A stretch of 64,000 nucleotides of DNA from an uncultured Chloroflexia bacterium (GTDB lineage: Bacteria > Chloroflexota > Limnocylindria > QHBO01). Location: positions 672,001 to 736,000 of the forward strand of contig CAWHAZ010000005.1 in NCBI GenBank assembly GCA_963827475.1, read 5' to 3'. Position numbers and translations under genes: made by a program. Shown here piece by piece: positions 41,060 through 50,579 of this stretch. The notes below the pieces were generated by a model that saw only the letters and a list, made by a program, of their open reading frames with translations, had not been told where the DNA came from and ran no database searches. The first letter of the stretch is position 1. Each line of letters begins with the position of its first letter.

Positions 41060-42145
41060 ATGGCCCGGATCGTGGCCGCCATGAGCGGCGGGGTCGACTC
41101 GAGCGTGGCCGCCGCTCTTCTCGCCCGCGAGGCAAGCAGGGGCGGGGACGAGGTGGTCGGGGTCTGGATGCGGACCCACCCCGATCGGGGAGAGGGCTGG
41201 GAGCCGCGGCGCGGGTGCTGCTCGTCGGAGGCGGCCGACGACGCTCGCCGCGTCGCTGATCGGATCGGCATCCCGTTCTTCATCCTCAACGTCGAGGCGG
41301 AGTTCGGGGCGGAGGTCATCGACGCGTTCGCGGACGCGTACCTGGCCGGCACGACACCCAACCCGTGCCAGGCCTGCAACCAGTACATCAAGTTCGACCT
41401 CCTCGCCCGTCGGGCGGTGGGTGCGTACGGGGCGGACGCGGTGGCGACCGGTCACTACGCCCGGGTCGAGCACCGGGACGGCTCGTGGCATCTCCTCCGG
41501 GCGGTGGACGCGGCCAAGGACCAGACCTACTTCCTGTGGAACCTCGACCAGCGGCAGCTGGCCGCGACCCGCTTCCCGTTGGGCGAGATGACCAAGCCTG
41601 AGGTTCGCCAGCTGGCCGCCGACCTGGACCTGCCGACCGCGGCCACGCCCGAGTCGCAGGAGATCTGCTTCGTCCCGGCAGGGGACTACCGCGCCCTGCT
41701 CGCCGAGCGGCGGGCCTACGACGGGAGCGCCGGACCGATCGTCGACGGTGAGGGCCGGCAGATCGGCACCCATACGGGCTACGCGCACTACACCGTGGGA
41801 CAGCGTCGCGGCCTGGGCCTGGCCGGCGGCGAAGCGCGCTACGTCCGCGAGATCCACCCGGATCGGAACGAGGTCGTGGTCGGCACTCGCGAGGACCTGG
41901 CGACGACCGCCTTCGTGGCTGACGGGAGGCATTTCATCGCCGGCGGACCACCGGCCGAGCGGTTCGAGGCCGACGTGCGGATCCGCCATCGGTCGGCGGA
42001 CGTCGCCTGCGAGGTCACCGTGGTCGGCGCCGACCGGCTGGTGATCGAGACCGCGGAGCCGGTCTGGGGCCCGGCGCCGGGGCAGTCCGCGGTCCTGTAC
42101 GGCGGCGAGGAATGCCTCGGCGGGGCCCGGATCATCCGGAACTGA
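41060..42145 (+). CDS. mnmA: tRNA 2-thiouridylase
   Basis: AMSGGVDSSV, TPNPC, ATGHY, KDQTYFL, ESQEICF, YTVGQR, PGQ. Confidence 0.95.
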   Translation: MARIVAAMSGGVDSSVAAALLAREASRGGDEVVGVWMRTHPDRGEGWEPRRGCCSSEAADDARRVADRIGIPFFILNVEAEFGAEVIDAFADAYLAGTTPNPCQACNQYIKFDLLARRAVGAYGADAVATGHYARVEHRDGSWHLLRAVDAAKDQTYFLWNLDQRQLAATRFPLGEMTKPEVRQLAADLDLPTAATPESQEICFVPAGDYRALLAERRAYDGSAGPIVDGEGRQIGTHTGYAHYTVGQRRGLGLAGGEARYVREIHPDRNEVVVGTREDLATTAFVADGRHFIAGGPPAERFEADVRIRHRSADVACEVTVVGADRLVIETAEPVWGPAPGQSAVLYGGEECLGGARIIRN

Positions 42146-42158
42146 CGGCCTTCCGACC

Positions 42159-42464
42159 GTGGTGACCTGGACGATCTGGACCGTGCTGGTGGCCACCATC
42201 AACCTCACCCTGTTCGTCGCCGTCCGCGGTCGGTGGGGTCGCGAGGCGCCGGCCCTCGTGATCGCGGCCCTGGTCGGGACCGCGGCCGGGAACTTCCTGG
42301 CCGCCCTGCTCGGCGTCGACCTGCTCGTCCTCGGCGAGTTCCACGTGCTGGGGGCCGCGCTGGGCGCCCAGCTGGCCCTGATCACCACCGCCGCGGTCGC
42401 CACTCTGCTCACCCGACCGGCGGGCTCGGCCGGCCGGCGGGACGGGGCGGGGTCGGGCCGGTAG
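42159..42464 (+). CDS. Small hypothetical membrane protein
   Basis: Three hydrophobic segments, fills the gap after mnmA. Confidence 0.6.
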   Translation: MVTWTIWTVLVATINLTLFVAVRGRWGREAPALVIAALVGTAAGNFLAALLGVDLLVLGEFHVLGAALGAQLALITTAAVATLLTRPAGSAGRRDGAGSGR

Positions 42465-42513
42465 AATCGGCAGTCCAACGGCGAAGTCCCTGTGGAGGAG
42501 CAACACGCACGTC

Positions 42514-42780
42514 ATGAGCGGTGATTCCGGATTTGGCAGTTTCGTGGCCGGCCTGGTCATCGGTGGGCTGATCGGTGCCGCCATCGGGCTGCTCCTGGCC
42601 CCCGAGTCGGGCGAAGAGATGCGCGAGCAGGTCGGCGACTTCGTCGACGAGCGCATGCGCGACTTTGGCGACGCGGTGAATGAGGGCAAGGTCGCCGCCG
42701 ACCAGGCGCGCACGGCCATGCTGACGGCGCTCCAGCGCGAGACCGCCGCCGACGCCCCGGCCGAGGAGAGCGCGAACTAG
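42514..42780 (+). CDS. YtxH domain protein
   Basis: FVAGLVIGGLIGAAIGLLLAPESGEEMR. GGAGG RBS and upstream TAGAAT. Confidence 0.88.
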   Translation: MSGDSGFGSFVAGLVIGGLIGAAIGLLLAPESGEEMREQVGDFVDERMRDFGDAVNEGKVAADQARTAMLTALQRETAADAPAEESAN

Positions 42781-42848
42781 CTCCCGTCGGTGACCCCCAT
42801 CGGCGGAGGGTCGCTCGGGGCTGGCTCCCGCTGCGCCTGACCGCCCCC

Positions 42849-45489
42849 GTGCAGGCCCTGCCCGCGGCCGACATTCGCGAGCGATTCCAGCGCTTCTTCG
42901 AGGCGCGCGGCCACACCCGGGTCCCGCCCGCACCGCTCCTGGCCCGCGACGATCCGACACTCCTGTTCACGAACTCCGGCATGGTCCAGTTCAAGCGCGT
43001 CCTGACCGGGGAAGAGACGCGCGACTACAAGCGCGCCGTTGACAGCCAGCCCTGCCTGCGCGTGGCGGGCAAGCACAACGACTTCGAGGAGGTCGGCCGC
43101 ACACCCCGCCACCATTCCCTGTTCGAGATGCTCGGCAACTGGAGCTTCGGCGACTACTTCAAGACCGAGGCCATCCACTGGGCGTGGGAGTTCCTGACCG
43201 ATGAGCTCGGGATCGACCCTGACCGCCTGGCCGCCACCGTCTATACCGATGACGACGACGCCCACCGGGTCTGGTCCACCGAAATCGGTCTGCCGCCCGA
43301 GCGCCTCCTTCGGTGGGGGAACATCGAAGCCGGGGACGACCACAACTTCTGGCAGATGGCCGACGTCGGGCCGTGCGGACCGTGCAGCGAGATCCATTTC
43401 GACCGCGGCGCGGAGCTGAGCGAAGGCCCGGAGTGCGTGCCGGACCACTCGGAGCACTGCCCGCGCTGGCTCGAGGTCTGGAACCTGGTGTTCATGCAGT
43501 ACGACCGCGCCGCGGACGGGACGCTGACACCACTCCCCTTCCAGAGCGTGGACACCGGGATGGGCCTGGAGCGGATCGCATCGGTCCTGCAGGGGGTCGA
43601 CAGCAACTACCGAACCGACCTGTTCACGCCGATCATCGACCGCCTGGCTGACCACCTCGGCCACCGGCCGGAAGATGTCGAGGCCGAGCGGTTCAGCTAC
43701 CAGGTCGTGGCCGACCACTCGCGGGCGATGACCTTCCTGATCGGTGAAGGCGTGCGTCCGGGGAACGAGGGCTCCGGGTACGTCCTGCGCCGGATCATGC
43801 GCCGCGCCGTTCGCCACGTGCGGCTGATGGGGATCAGCGCTCCGGTGCTGGGGGAGACCTGCGCGGCGGTCATCGACCTGATGGGGGCGGCCTACCCGGT
43901 CCTCGCCGAGCGAAGCGAGGAGATCCTGGCGGAGGTGCGCGCCGAGGAGTCCCGCTTCACGAGGACCCTCGAGGCAGGGTCGGAGCGGCTGGCCCAGCTG
44001 GTCGAGACGGCCGGTGTGAGCGGCCAGATCAGCGGTGACGAGGCATTCCGCCTCCATGACACGTTTGGCTTCCCGATCGACCTCACGATCGAGATCGCCG
44101 CCGAGTCCGGTGTGACGGTCGACCGTCCGGGCTTCGACGCGGCAATGGACGCCCAGCGCGAGCGTTCGAAGCGAACCGTGACCAAGCGCTTCACCGCTGA
44201 CGCCGCGATCGCGGGGCTGAAGAGCGAATTCATCGGATATCCGAACGAAACCGAGGCCGATGGGCTCGCCGTGCTCGCGGTCGGGCCCGTCGAGGACGGC
44301 GGAAGCGCCGTGGTCTTGGATCAAGACCCCGTTCTACGCGGAGGGGGGCGGCCAGATCGGGGATCGCGGCGAGCTGGTCGGCGACCGGGGCCGGCTCACG
44401 GTGTCCGACACGCAGCGTGATGGCGACGCGATCGTCCACCTCGGGACCCTGGAGGGCGACCTCCAGGAAGGCGACCGCGTCGGCGCGCAGGTCGACGCCG
44501 AGCGGCGCTGGGCGGCGGCCCGCAACCATACCGCCACCCATCTGCTCCACCGCGCGCTGCGCACCGTGCTCGGGGAGCAGGCCAAGCAGGCGGGGAGCTG
44601 GGTCGGGCCCGAGGCGTTGCGCTTCGACTTCCCGGCGGACGCGCCAACCTCGCGCGAGGACCTGGGCCGGGTCGAGGCCATCGTCAACGAGCAGGTCCGG
44701 CGCAACCTGGAGGTGACCCCGACCTGGATGCCGCTGGCCGAGGCGCAGGCCTCCGGCGCGGACATGTTCTTCGGGGAGAAGTACCTGCCCGACTCGGTCC
44801 GGGTCGTGGCCTGCGGCGACTTCTCGCGCGAGCTGTGCGGCGGGACGCACCTGTCCGCCACCGGCCAGATCGGCTCGTTCCGGATCACCGGCGAGTCGAG
44901 CATCGGCGCCGGCCTGCGCCGGATCGAGGCGGTCACCGGCGCGGGCGCCGAAGTCCTGATCGCGACTCGCCTCGAGGCGCTGCGCAGCGCCGCCCAGCTG
45001 CTCGGCGTGCGCGACGAGGAGGTCCCGACCCGGGTCGAGGCGCTCCTCGCGCGCGTCCGCGAGGCCGAGCGTGCCGATCGCGCCACGGCCCAACCGCGCG
45101 CGCGCCTCGATGCGGCCGCCGCGCTGCGCGAGGCGCAGGAGGCGGGGGACACCGCGGTCGTGGTACAGCGCTATCCCGAGGCTGACCCGGGTTCGCTGCG
45201 CACCCTCGTCGACGATCTGCGGGGCGCGACTGGTCGCTTCGTGGCGGTCGTCGCGGGCGCCGCGGACGGACAGGCCACCGTGGTCGTGGCGGCCAGCCGC
45301 GACCTGGCCGGCGAGGGGTTCGACGCCGCCGCCGTCGTTCGCCAGGTGGCGCCCCTGATCAAGGGCGGGGGCGGCGGTCGGCCGGAGATGGCGCAGGCCG
45401 GAGGCTCCGACCCGGATGGGCTGGACGCCGCCGTCGGCGAGGCGACGCGCCTGGCGCTCGAGTCGCTCCGCGCTCTCGAGGCCGGGTGA
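42849..45489 (+). CDS. alaS: Alanine--tRNA ligase; frameshift near 44322
   Basis: DPTLLFTNSGM, FEMLGNWSFGDYFK, DTGMGLER. After the shift TPFYAEGGGQ, HTATHLLH, ELCGGTH, GGGGGRPEMAQAGG. Confidence 0.94.
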
Positions 45490-45926
45490 TCGCGGCGCGG
45501 GGCGAGCGACCGATGGGTCGGGTGATCGGGGTGGACCATGGAGCTCGGCGGGTGGGGCTGGCGGTCGGGGACGAGGAGACCGGGATGGCCTTTCCCCGAT
45601 CAACCGTGTCGGCCGCCGGGGCGGCGGAGGTGATCGCCCGGCTGGCGGCGGAGGAGGGCACCGAAAGGGTGGTCGTCGGACTGCCGCGGAACATGGACGG
45701 CAGCGAGGGCCCGCAGGCGGCGGCGGCCCGGGCATTCGGGCAGGAGCTGGCCAAGCGCGGCCTCATTGTCGCCTTCACCGACGAGCGGCTAACGACCTGG
45801 GAAGCGGAGGAGCGGACCAAGGCAGCCGATCGCCCGCGGAGCGCGAACGCGATAGACTCTGCCGCCGCCGCCCTCATCCTTGAGCAGTTCTTCGCCGATC
45901 GCCGGCGGCATCCCGAGGAGCCTTGA
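45486..45926 (+). CDS. ruvX: YqgF/RuvX pre-16S rRNA nuclease
   Basis: GVDHGARRVGLAVGD, VVGLP, DERLTT, IDSAAAALIL. Confidence 0.92.
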   Translation: MIAARGERPMGRVIGVDHGARRVGLAVGDEETGMAFPRSTVSAAGAAEVIARLAAEEGTERVVVGLPRNMDGSEGPQAAAARAFGQELAKRGLIVAFTDERLTTWEAEERTKAADRPRSANAIDSAAAALILEQFFADRRRHPEEP

Positions 45927-47242
45927 TGTACGACCCATCCCTGACGCCCGCCGAGCAGGAGCAGGTGCGCAACGCCCGCATTCGCCGGCTGCGTGCGGAG
46001 CGGGAGAGCAGCCTGCGCCGCCGGGGGACCCGTCGCCTGCAGCCCCTCGTCCTGCTGGGCTGGATCGGCGGGGTCATCGCCCTGACCGTGATCGTGCTCT
46101 ATCTCGGCGTGCTCGCCCTCTCGCCGGCGATCATGGCGTGGATCGAGGAGCGGCCGACCCTCATCCAGAACGACCTGGTCGTGGACTTCGTGAACTGGTA
46201 CGACCCCGACGCGATCGCCGATACCCCGGCGAGCGACACCTACCAGCGGATGAGCATCGAGATTCCGCCTGGAGCGACCGACGCGTTCATCGGCGAGCTT
46301 CTCGTCGACCGCAACCTCATCCACAGCGAGCTCGCCTTCCACTACCAGGTCTACCAGGCCGAGCGCTCGGGCGACCTCCATGCCGGCGTGTACGACCTGT
46401 CGCCGACGTTCACCCCTTCGTTCATCATCGGCGCCCTCCGCCAGGAAACGGGTCCGGAAGTCACGGTCACGATCATCGAGGGCCTCCGCCTCGAGGAGCT
46501 CGTCGCCTTCATCGGCACAACTAACCTGACCATGAACCTCGACGAGTTCCGCCAGCTGGTCTTCACGCCGCCGCCGGACCTCCTCAGCGCCTACCCATTC
46601 CTCGCCGAGCTGCCCGCCGGCCGCACGCTGGAGGGGTACCTCTACCCCGACACCTATCAGTTCTTCGCCAACGCCACCGCGCGCGACGTCGTCGATCGAC
46701 TGCTCGCCACCTTCGACGCACGGGTGACCCAGGACATCCGCGACCAGCTGGCGGCCCGGGGACTGACCATCGACTACGCGGTCCGGCTGGCCTCGATCGT
46801 GGAGCGCGAAGCGGTTCTCGACACGGAGCGGCCGCTGATCGCCGGCGTCTACACCCAGCGGCTGACGACCTCCGGCTGGCGCCTGGATGCGGACCCGACC
46901 CTCCAATGGGGCCTGTCCACCGCCGAATACGGCGGGCTGCCGCCGGCCGAGTGGGGGACGGTCAGCTGGTGGCGGCCGCTGCCGGCCGGCGGGGCGGAGA
47001 TCGTCCTGCCCGAGGCGCTGCTGCCGTACCAGACCTACCAGGTCGTGGGCCTGCCGCCCACGCCGATCGCCTCGCCACGACTGGCTTCGATCCAGGCCGC
47101 CGCCTTCCCGGATCAGTCCCAGGGCTACTTCTTCTTCGTCGCTGCCTGTCCGAACGGCGTGCGTGACGGCTCGCATCGGTTTGCCCAGACGTTGGCACAG
47201 CACGAGGCCAACATCGCCCAGGCCAGTGCGGAATGCCCGTGA
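45923..47242 (+). CDS. mltG: Endolytic transglycosylase
   Basis: TM helix, TIIEG, LEGYLYPDTY, LASIVERE, LDADPT, GLPPTPIASP. Confidence 0.92.
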   Translation: MMYDPSLTPAEQEQVRNARIRRLRAERESSLRRRGTRRLQPLVLLGWIGGVIALTVIVLYLGVLALSPAIMAWIEERPTLIQNDLVVDFVNWYDPDAIADTPASDTYQRMSIEIPPGATDAFIGELLVDRNLIHSELAFHYQVYQAERSGDLHAGVYDLSPTFTPSFIIGALRQETGPEVTVTIIEGLRLEELVAFIGTTNLTMNLDEFRQLVFTPPPDLLSAYPFLAELPAGRTLEGYLYPDTYQFFANATARDVVDRLLATFDARVTQDIRDQLAARGLTIDYAVRLASIVEREAVLDTERPLIAGVYTQRLTTSGWRLDADPTLQWGLSTAEYGGLPPAEWGTVSWWRPLPAGGAEIVLPEALLPYQTYQVVGLPPTPIASPRLASIQAAAFPDQSQGYFFFVAACPNGVRDGSHRFAQTLAQHEANIAQASAECP

Positions 47243-48399
47243 CCGATCAACGCGACGGTCCATCGGCCGATCCCTTCGTCGCCGAGCGACCGGCGCGCCT
47301 TGCCGCCCTGCGGAAGCTCATCGGAGAGTTGGACCTCGACGGCGTCCTGGTCCAGTCCCGGACCACCAGCCGGTACCTCTCCGGCTTCACCGTGCGACGC
47401 GGCGACGAGTCCACCTCCGGGTACTCCGGTTCGCTCCTCGTCACGCCCGATGGCGCCTGGCTCCTGGTCGACAACCGCTACGTCGAGCAGGCGGCGGCCG
47501 AAGCGCCCGGCTGGGAGGTCGTTCTGACCTCGGACCCGCTCAATGTCGAGCTGCCGCGCCTCCTGGGCCCGGCCGGAGTCCGTCGCCTCGGCATGGAGGC
47601 GGACCGAACGTCGCACGCCGCGTGGCAGGCCATCGATGCGTCCCGCGACGACCTGGAGCTCGCCCCCGTCGAGCAATCCCTGGCGCAGCTCCGGATCACG
47701 AAGAGTCCCGCGGAGATTGCGGCCATCGGCCGCGCCTGTGCGCTGGGCGACGAGGCCTTCGCCTACCTGTGCGCCACCGTCCAGCCGGGAATGACCGAAC
47801 GGGCGGTAGCCCGCCTGATCGCCACCTACTTCGAGGACCGCGGGGCGGAGGACCTGGCCTTCGACAGCATCGTCCTCGTCGGGGCGCGGGCGTCGATGCC
47901 GCACGGCACACCGGGTTCGACCAGGGTCCAGGCCGGCCGGGGCCTGCTCCTGGACTTTGGCTGCCAGGTCGATGGGTACCGGTCGGACATGACCAGGACC
48001 GTGTTCGTCGGAGAGCCGGACGAGGCGGCACGCCGCCGGCATGACGCGGTCCAGGAGGCGCAGCGGGCGGCACTCGAAGCGGTCGTCGTCGGGGTCCCGG
48101 CCTCCGTTCCCCACGAGGCGGCACGAGACTCGCTGGCCGCGGCAGGGTACCCGGAGGCCTTCAGCCACGGCGTGGGCCACGGTATCGGGCTCGACACGCA
48201 CGAGCCGCCCGCCCTGAAGAAGGCGTCCGAGGCGACGCTGCAGGCGGGGATGGTGTTCAGCATCGAGCCCGGCCTCTACCTGCCGGGGGACATCGGGATC
48301 CGGATCGAGGACATCGTCGCCCTGGACGAGACCGGGCCCCGGCTCCTGACCCAGGCCCCGCGCGGGGCGGTCGTCATCGGTGCAGCGGTGGCCGCATGA
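47239..48399 (+). CDS. Xaa-Pro aminopeptidase (M24B)
   Basis: YLSGF, DFG, YRSDMTRT, HGVGHGIGLDTHE, IEPGLY, IRIED. Precedes efp. Confidence 0.92.
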   Translation: MTDQRDGPSADPFVAERPARLAALRKLIGELDLDGVLVQSRTTSRYLSGFTVRRGDESTSGYSGSLLVTPDGAWLLVDNRYVEQAAAEAPGWEVVLTSDPLNVELPRLLGPAGVRRLGMEADRTSHAAWQAIDASRDDLELAPVEQSLAQLRITKSPAEIAAIGRACALGDEAFAYLCATVQPGMTERAVARLIATYFEDRGAEDLAFDSIVLVGARASMPHGTPGSTRVQAGRGLLLDFGCQVDGYRSDMTRTVFVGEPDEAARRRHDAVQEAQRAALEAVVVGVPASVPHEAARDSLAAAGYPEAFSHGVGHGIGLDTHEPPALKKASEATLQAGMVFSIEPGLYLPGDIGIRIEDIVALDETGPRLLTQAPRGAVVIGAAVAA

Positions 48400-48956
48400 T
48401 CAGCAGCGGCGAGGTCCGCAAGGGGATCGTCATCGAGCTGGACGGGCAGCCGGTGCGTGTCCTCGACTGGAGCCACATCAAGATGGCGCGCGGATCGGCC
48501 CAGGTCCGGCTGAAGATCCAGAACGTGCGGTCAGGGGCCATCACCGAGCGCACCTTTCAGGCCGGCACACGCTGGCCGCGGGCCCGCGTCGAGCAACGCA
48601 AGGTGCAGTACCTCTACAGCGACGGCGACGCGTACCACTTCATGGACTCGGAGACGTACGACCAGTTCGCCATCTCCGGCGCCACGCTGGGGGACGACGC
48701 CCGGTTCCTGAAGGAGAACACCGAGGTCCTCGTGTCGTCCTACGAGGGCGAGGTCCTCGGCGTCGAGCTGCCGGTGACGGTTGACCTCCGGGTCGCGCAG
48801 ACCGATCCCGGCTTCGCCGGCGACACGGCCACCGGCGCCCGAAAGGCCGCCACCCTCGAAACCGGCCTCGTCGTCCAGGTCCCCCTGTTCGTCAACGAGG
48901 GCGACCTGCTCCGGATCGACACCCGGACCGGCGAGTACCAGACCCGCCTCCAGTAG
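48396..48956 (+). CDS. efp: Elongation factor P
   Basis: YLYSDG, FMDSETYDQ, GDTA, LETGLVVQVPLFV, IDTRTGEY. Confidence 0.95.
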   Translation: MISSGEVRKGIVIELDGQPVRVLDWSHIKMARGSAQVRLKIQNVRSGAITERTFQAGTRWPRARVEQRKVQYLYSDGDAYHFMDSETYDQFAISGATLGDDARFLKENTEVLVSSYEGEVLGVELPVTVDLRVAQTDPGFAGDTATGARKAATLETGLVVQVPLFVNEGDLLRIDTRTGEYQTRLQ

Positions 48957-48977
48957 GCGTCGGCGGGCCGCAGACCG

Positions 48978-50222
48978 ATGACCGTCGAGCCCCAGACCAC
49001 CACCAGCCCGCGCGTGTGGCGGGTGTCCGACCTCAACCGCCGCGTCCGCGGCCTCCTCGACGCCGACCGCGCCCTGGCCGACGTCTGGGTCGAGGGCGAG
49101 GTCAGCGGGCCGAGCTACCCGCCGTCCGGGCACTGCTTCTTCACGCTCAAGGACGCGCACAGCCAGATTCGGGCCGTCCTGTTCCGCGAGGAGCTGGCCC
49201 GAGCCACCGTTCGTCCCGAGCACGGCGCCCAGCTCGTGTGCCACGGTCGGGTGCGGGCGTACGAGCCGCAGGGCGTGTACCAGCTGTACGTCGAATCGGT
49301 CACGCCGGTCGGGGCCGGTGACCTCCATGCCCAGTACGAGGCGCTGCGCGCCCGCCTGGCCGAGGAGGGTCTGTTCGCCGAGGCGCGCAAGCGGCCGTTG
49401 CCGCGCTGGCCGCGCCGGATCGGGGTCGTGACCTCCCCGGTGGGCGCGGTGTGGGACGACATCTGCACCGTGCTGCGGCGCCGCTACCCGATGGTCGAGC
49501 TCGTGCTGTCGCCGACCGCCGTCCAGGGCGGGATCGCCGCACCGGCGATCATCCGCGCCCTGAAGCGGCTGTACGCGGTACGTGACCTCGATCTCGTCAT
49601 CCTGGCGCGCGGCGGCGGGTCGATCGAGGACCTGTGGGGATTCAACGACGAGCAGGTGGTCCGGACGGTGGTCGCCGCCCCGGTCCCCGTCGTGGTCGGC
49701 GTCGGCCACGAGAGTGACGTCACCCTGGCCGACTTCGCCGCCGACCGCCGCGCCCCGACCCCGTCGGCCGCGGCCGAGATCGCCGTCCCGGACGGCACCC
49801 AGCTGCCCGCCATCCTGAACCGCCTCGGGGAGCGGTCGGCAGCGGCGATGAACGCCCGGCTGGTCGCCGCGTCCCGGGCGGTCCGTGGCGAAGGGCGCGC
49901 CCTCGCCGGCCTGCAACCCGACCTCGCCGGGGCGCGCCAACGCGCCGCGGAGCTGCTCGATCGCTCGCACCGTGCCACCACCGCCGGCGTGGAGCGTCGT
50001 ACGCTGGCGATGGCGGGGCTGCGCGACGCGCTGCGGGCGCTCGGCCCGGTGGCCACCCTGGAGCGTGGCTATGCCGTCGCCCGCCGGGCGGATGGCATGA
50101 TCATCCGCGACCCGACCGAGGTGGCCGCCGGCGACGACCTCGAGGTCATCGTGGCCCGCGGCGCCGTCCGCAGCCGCGTGACCACGGTGCACCCCGGCGA
50201 GATGGAGGAGCTGCTCGGATGA
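48978..50222 (+). CDS. xseA: Exodeoxyribonuclease VII large subunit
   Basis: SGHCFFTLKD, IGVVTS, ARGGGSIEDLW, VGHESD, RAPTPSAAAE. Confidence 0.94.
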   Translation: MTVEPQTTTSPRVWRVSDLNRRVRGLLDADRALADVWVEGEVSGPSYPPSGHCFFTLKDAHSQIRAVLFREELARATVRPEHGAQLVCHGRVRAYEPQGVYQLYVESVTPVGAGDLHAQYEALRARLAEEGLFAEARKRPLPRWPRRIGVVTSPVGAVWDDICTVLRRRYPMVELVLSPTAVQGGIAAPAIIRALKRLYAVRDLDLVILARGGGSIEDLWGFNDEQVVRTVVAAPVPVVVGVGHESDVTLADFAADRRAPTPSAAAEIAVPDGTQLPAILNRLGERSAAAMNARLVAASRAVRGEGRALAGLQPDLAGARQRAAELLDRSHRATTAGVERRTLAMAGLRDALRALGPVATLERGYAVARRADGMIIRDPTEVAAGDDLEVIVARGAVRSRVTTVHPGEMEELLG

Positions 50223-50524
50223 CGGACCAGGCGACGCCGCCGACGACCGACGATCTGGCCGCGCGGCCGTTCGACGAGCTCGTCGCCGAACTCCAGCGCA
50301 TCGTGCAGACGCTGGAGGCGGGGCGAGTCGGCCTCGAGGAGAGCATCGCCCTCTATCGCGAAGGCCTGCGCCTCCACGCCGCGTGCGAGGAGCGGCTGAA
50401 GGCCGCGGAGCTGACCATCACCGAGCTCGGCCGGCGGGGCCTCGCCGGGGCCGAGCCGGAAGCGGCCGCTCCCACGGGGGATGCTGCGACCGAGCGACCG
50501 ATGGAGCCACCGGCCGAGGACTGA
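50219..50524 (+). CDS. xseB: Exodeoxyribonuclease VII small subunit
   Basis: FDELVAELQRIVQTLE...LEESIALYREG...CEERLKAAE. Confidence 0.92.
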   Translation: MTDQATPPTTDDLAARPFDELVAELQRIVQTLEAGRVGLEESIALYREGLRLHAACEERLKAAELTITELGRRGLAGAEPEAAAPTGDAATERPMEPPAED

Positions 50525-50579
50525 GCGCCAGACCGGCCGGGCGGTCCCGGCCGGGCATCGGTCTATACTCGCCTCCGTT

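Noticed and set aside
42781-42848. T-box leader for alaS (also checked before hisS and aspS)
   Set aside because: The regions are too short and lack the T-box consensus.
42849-45489. Naturally split alaS or programmed frameshift
   Set aside because: One extra base at the conserved D-x-TPFY motif explains it. There is no slippery site or separate RBS, and similar errors occur throughout.
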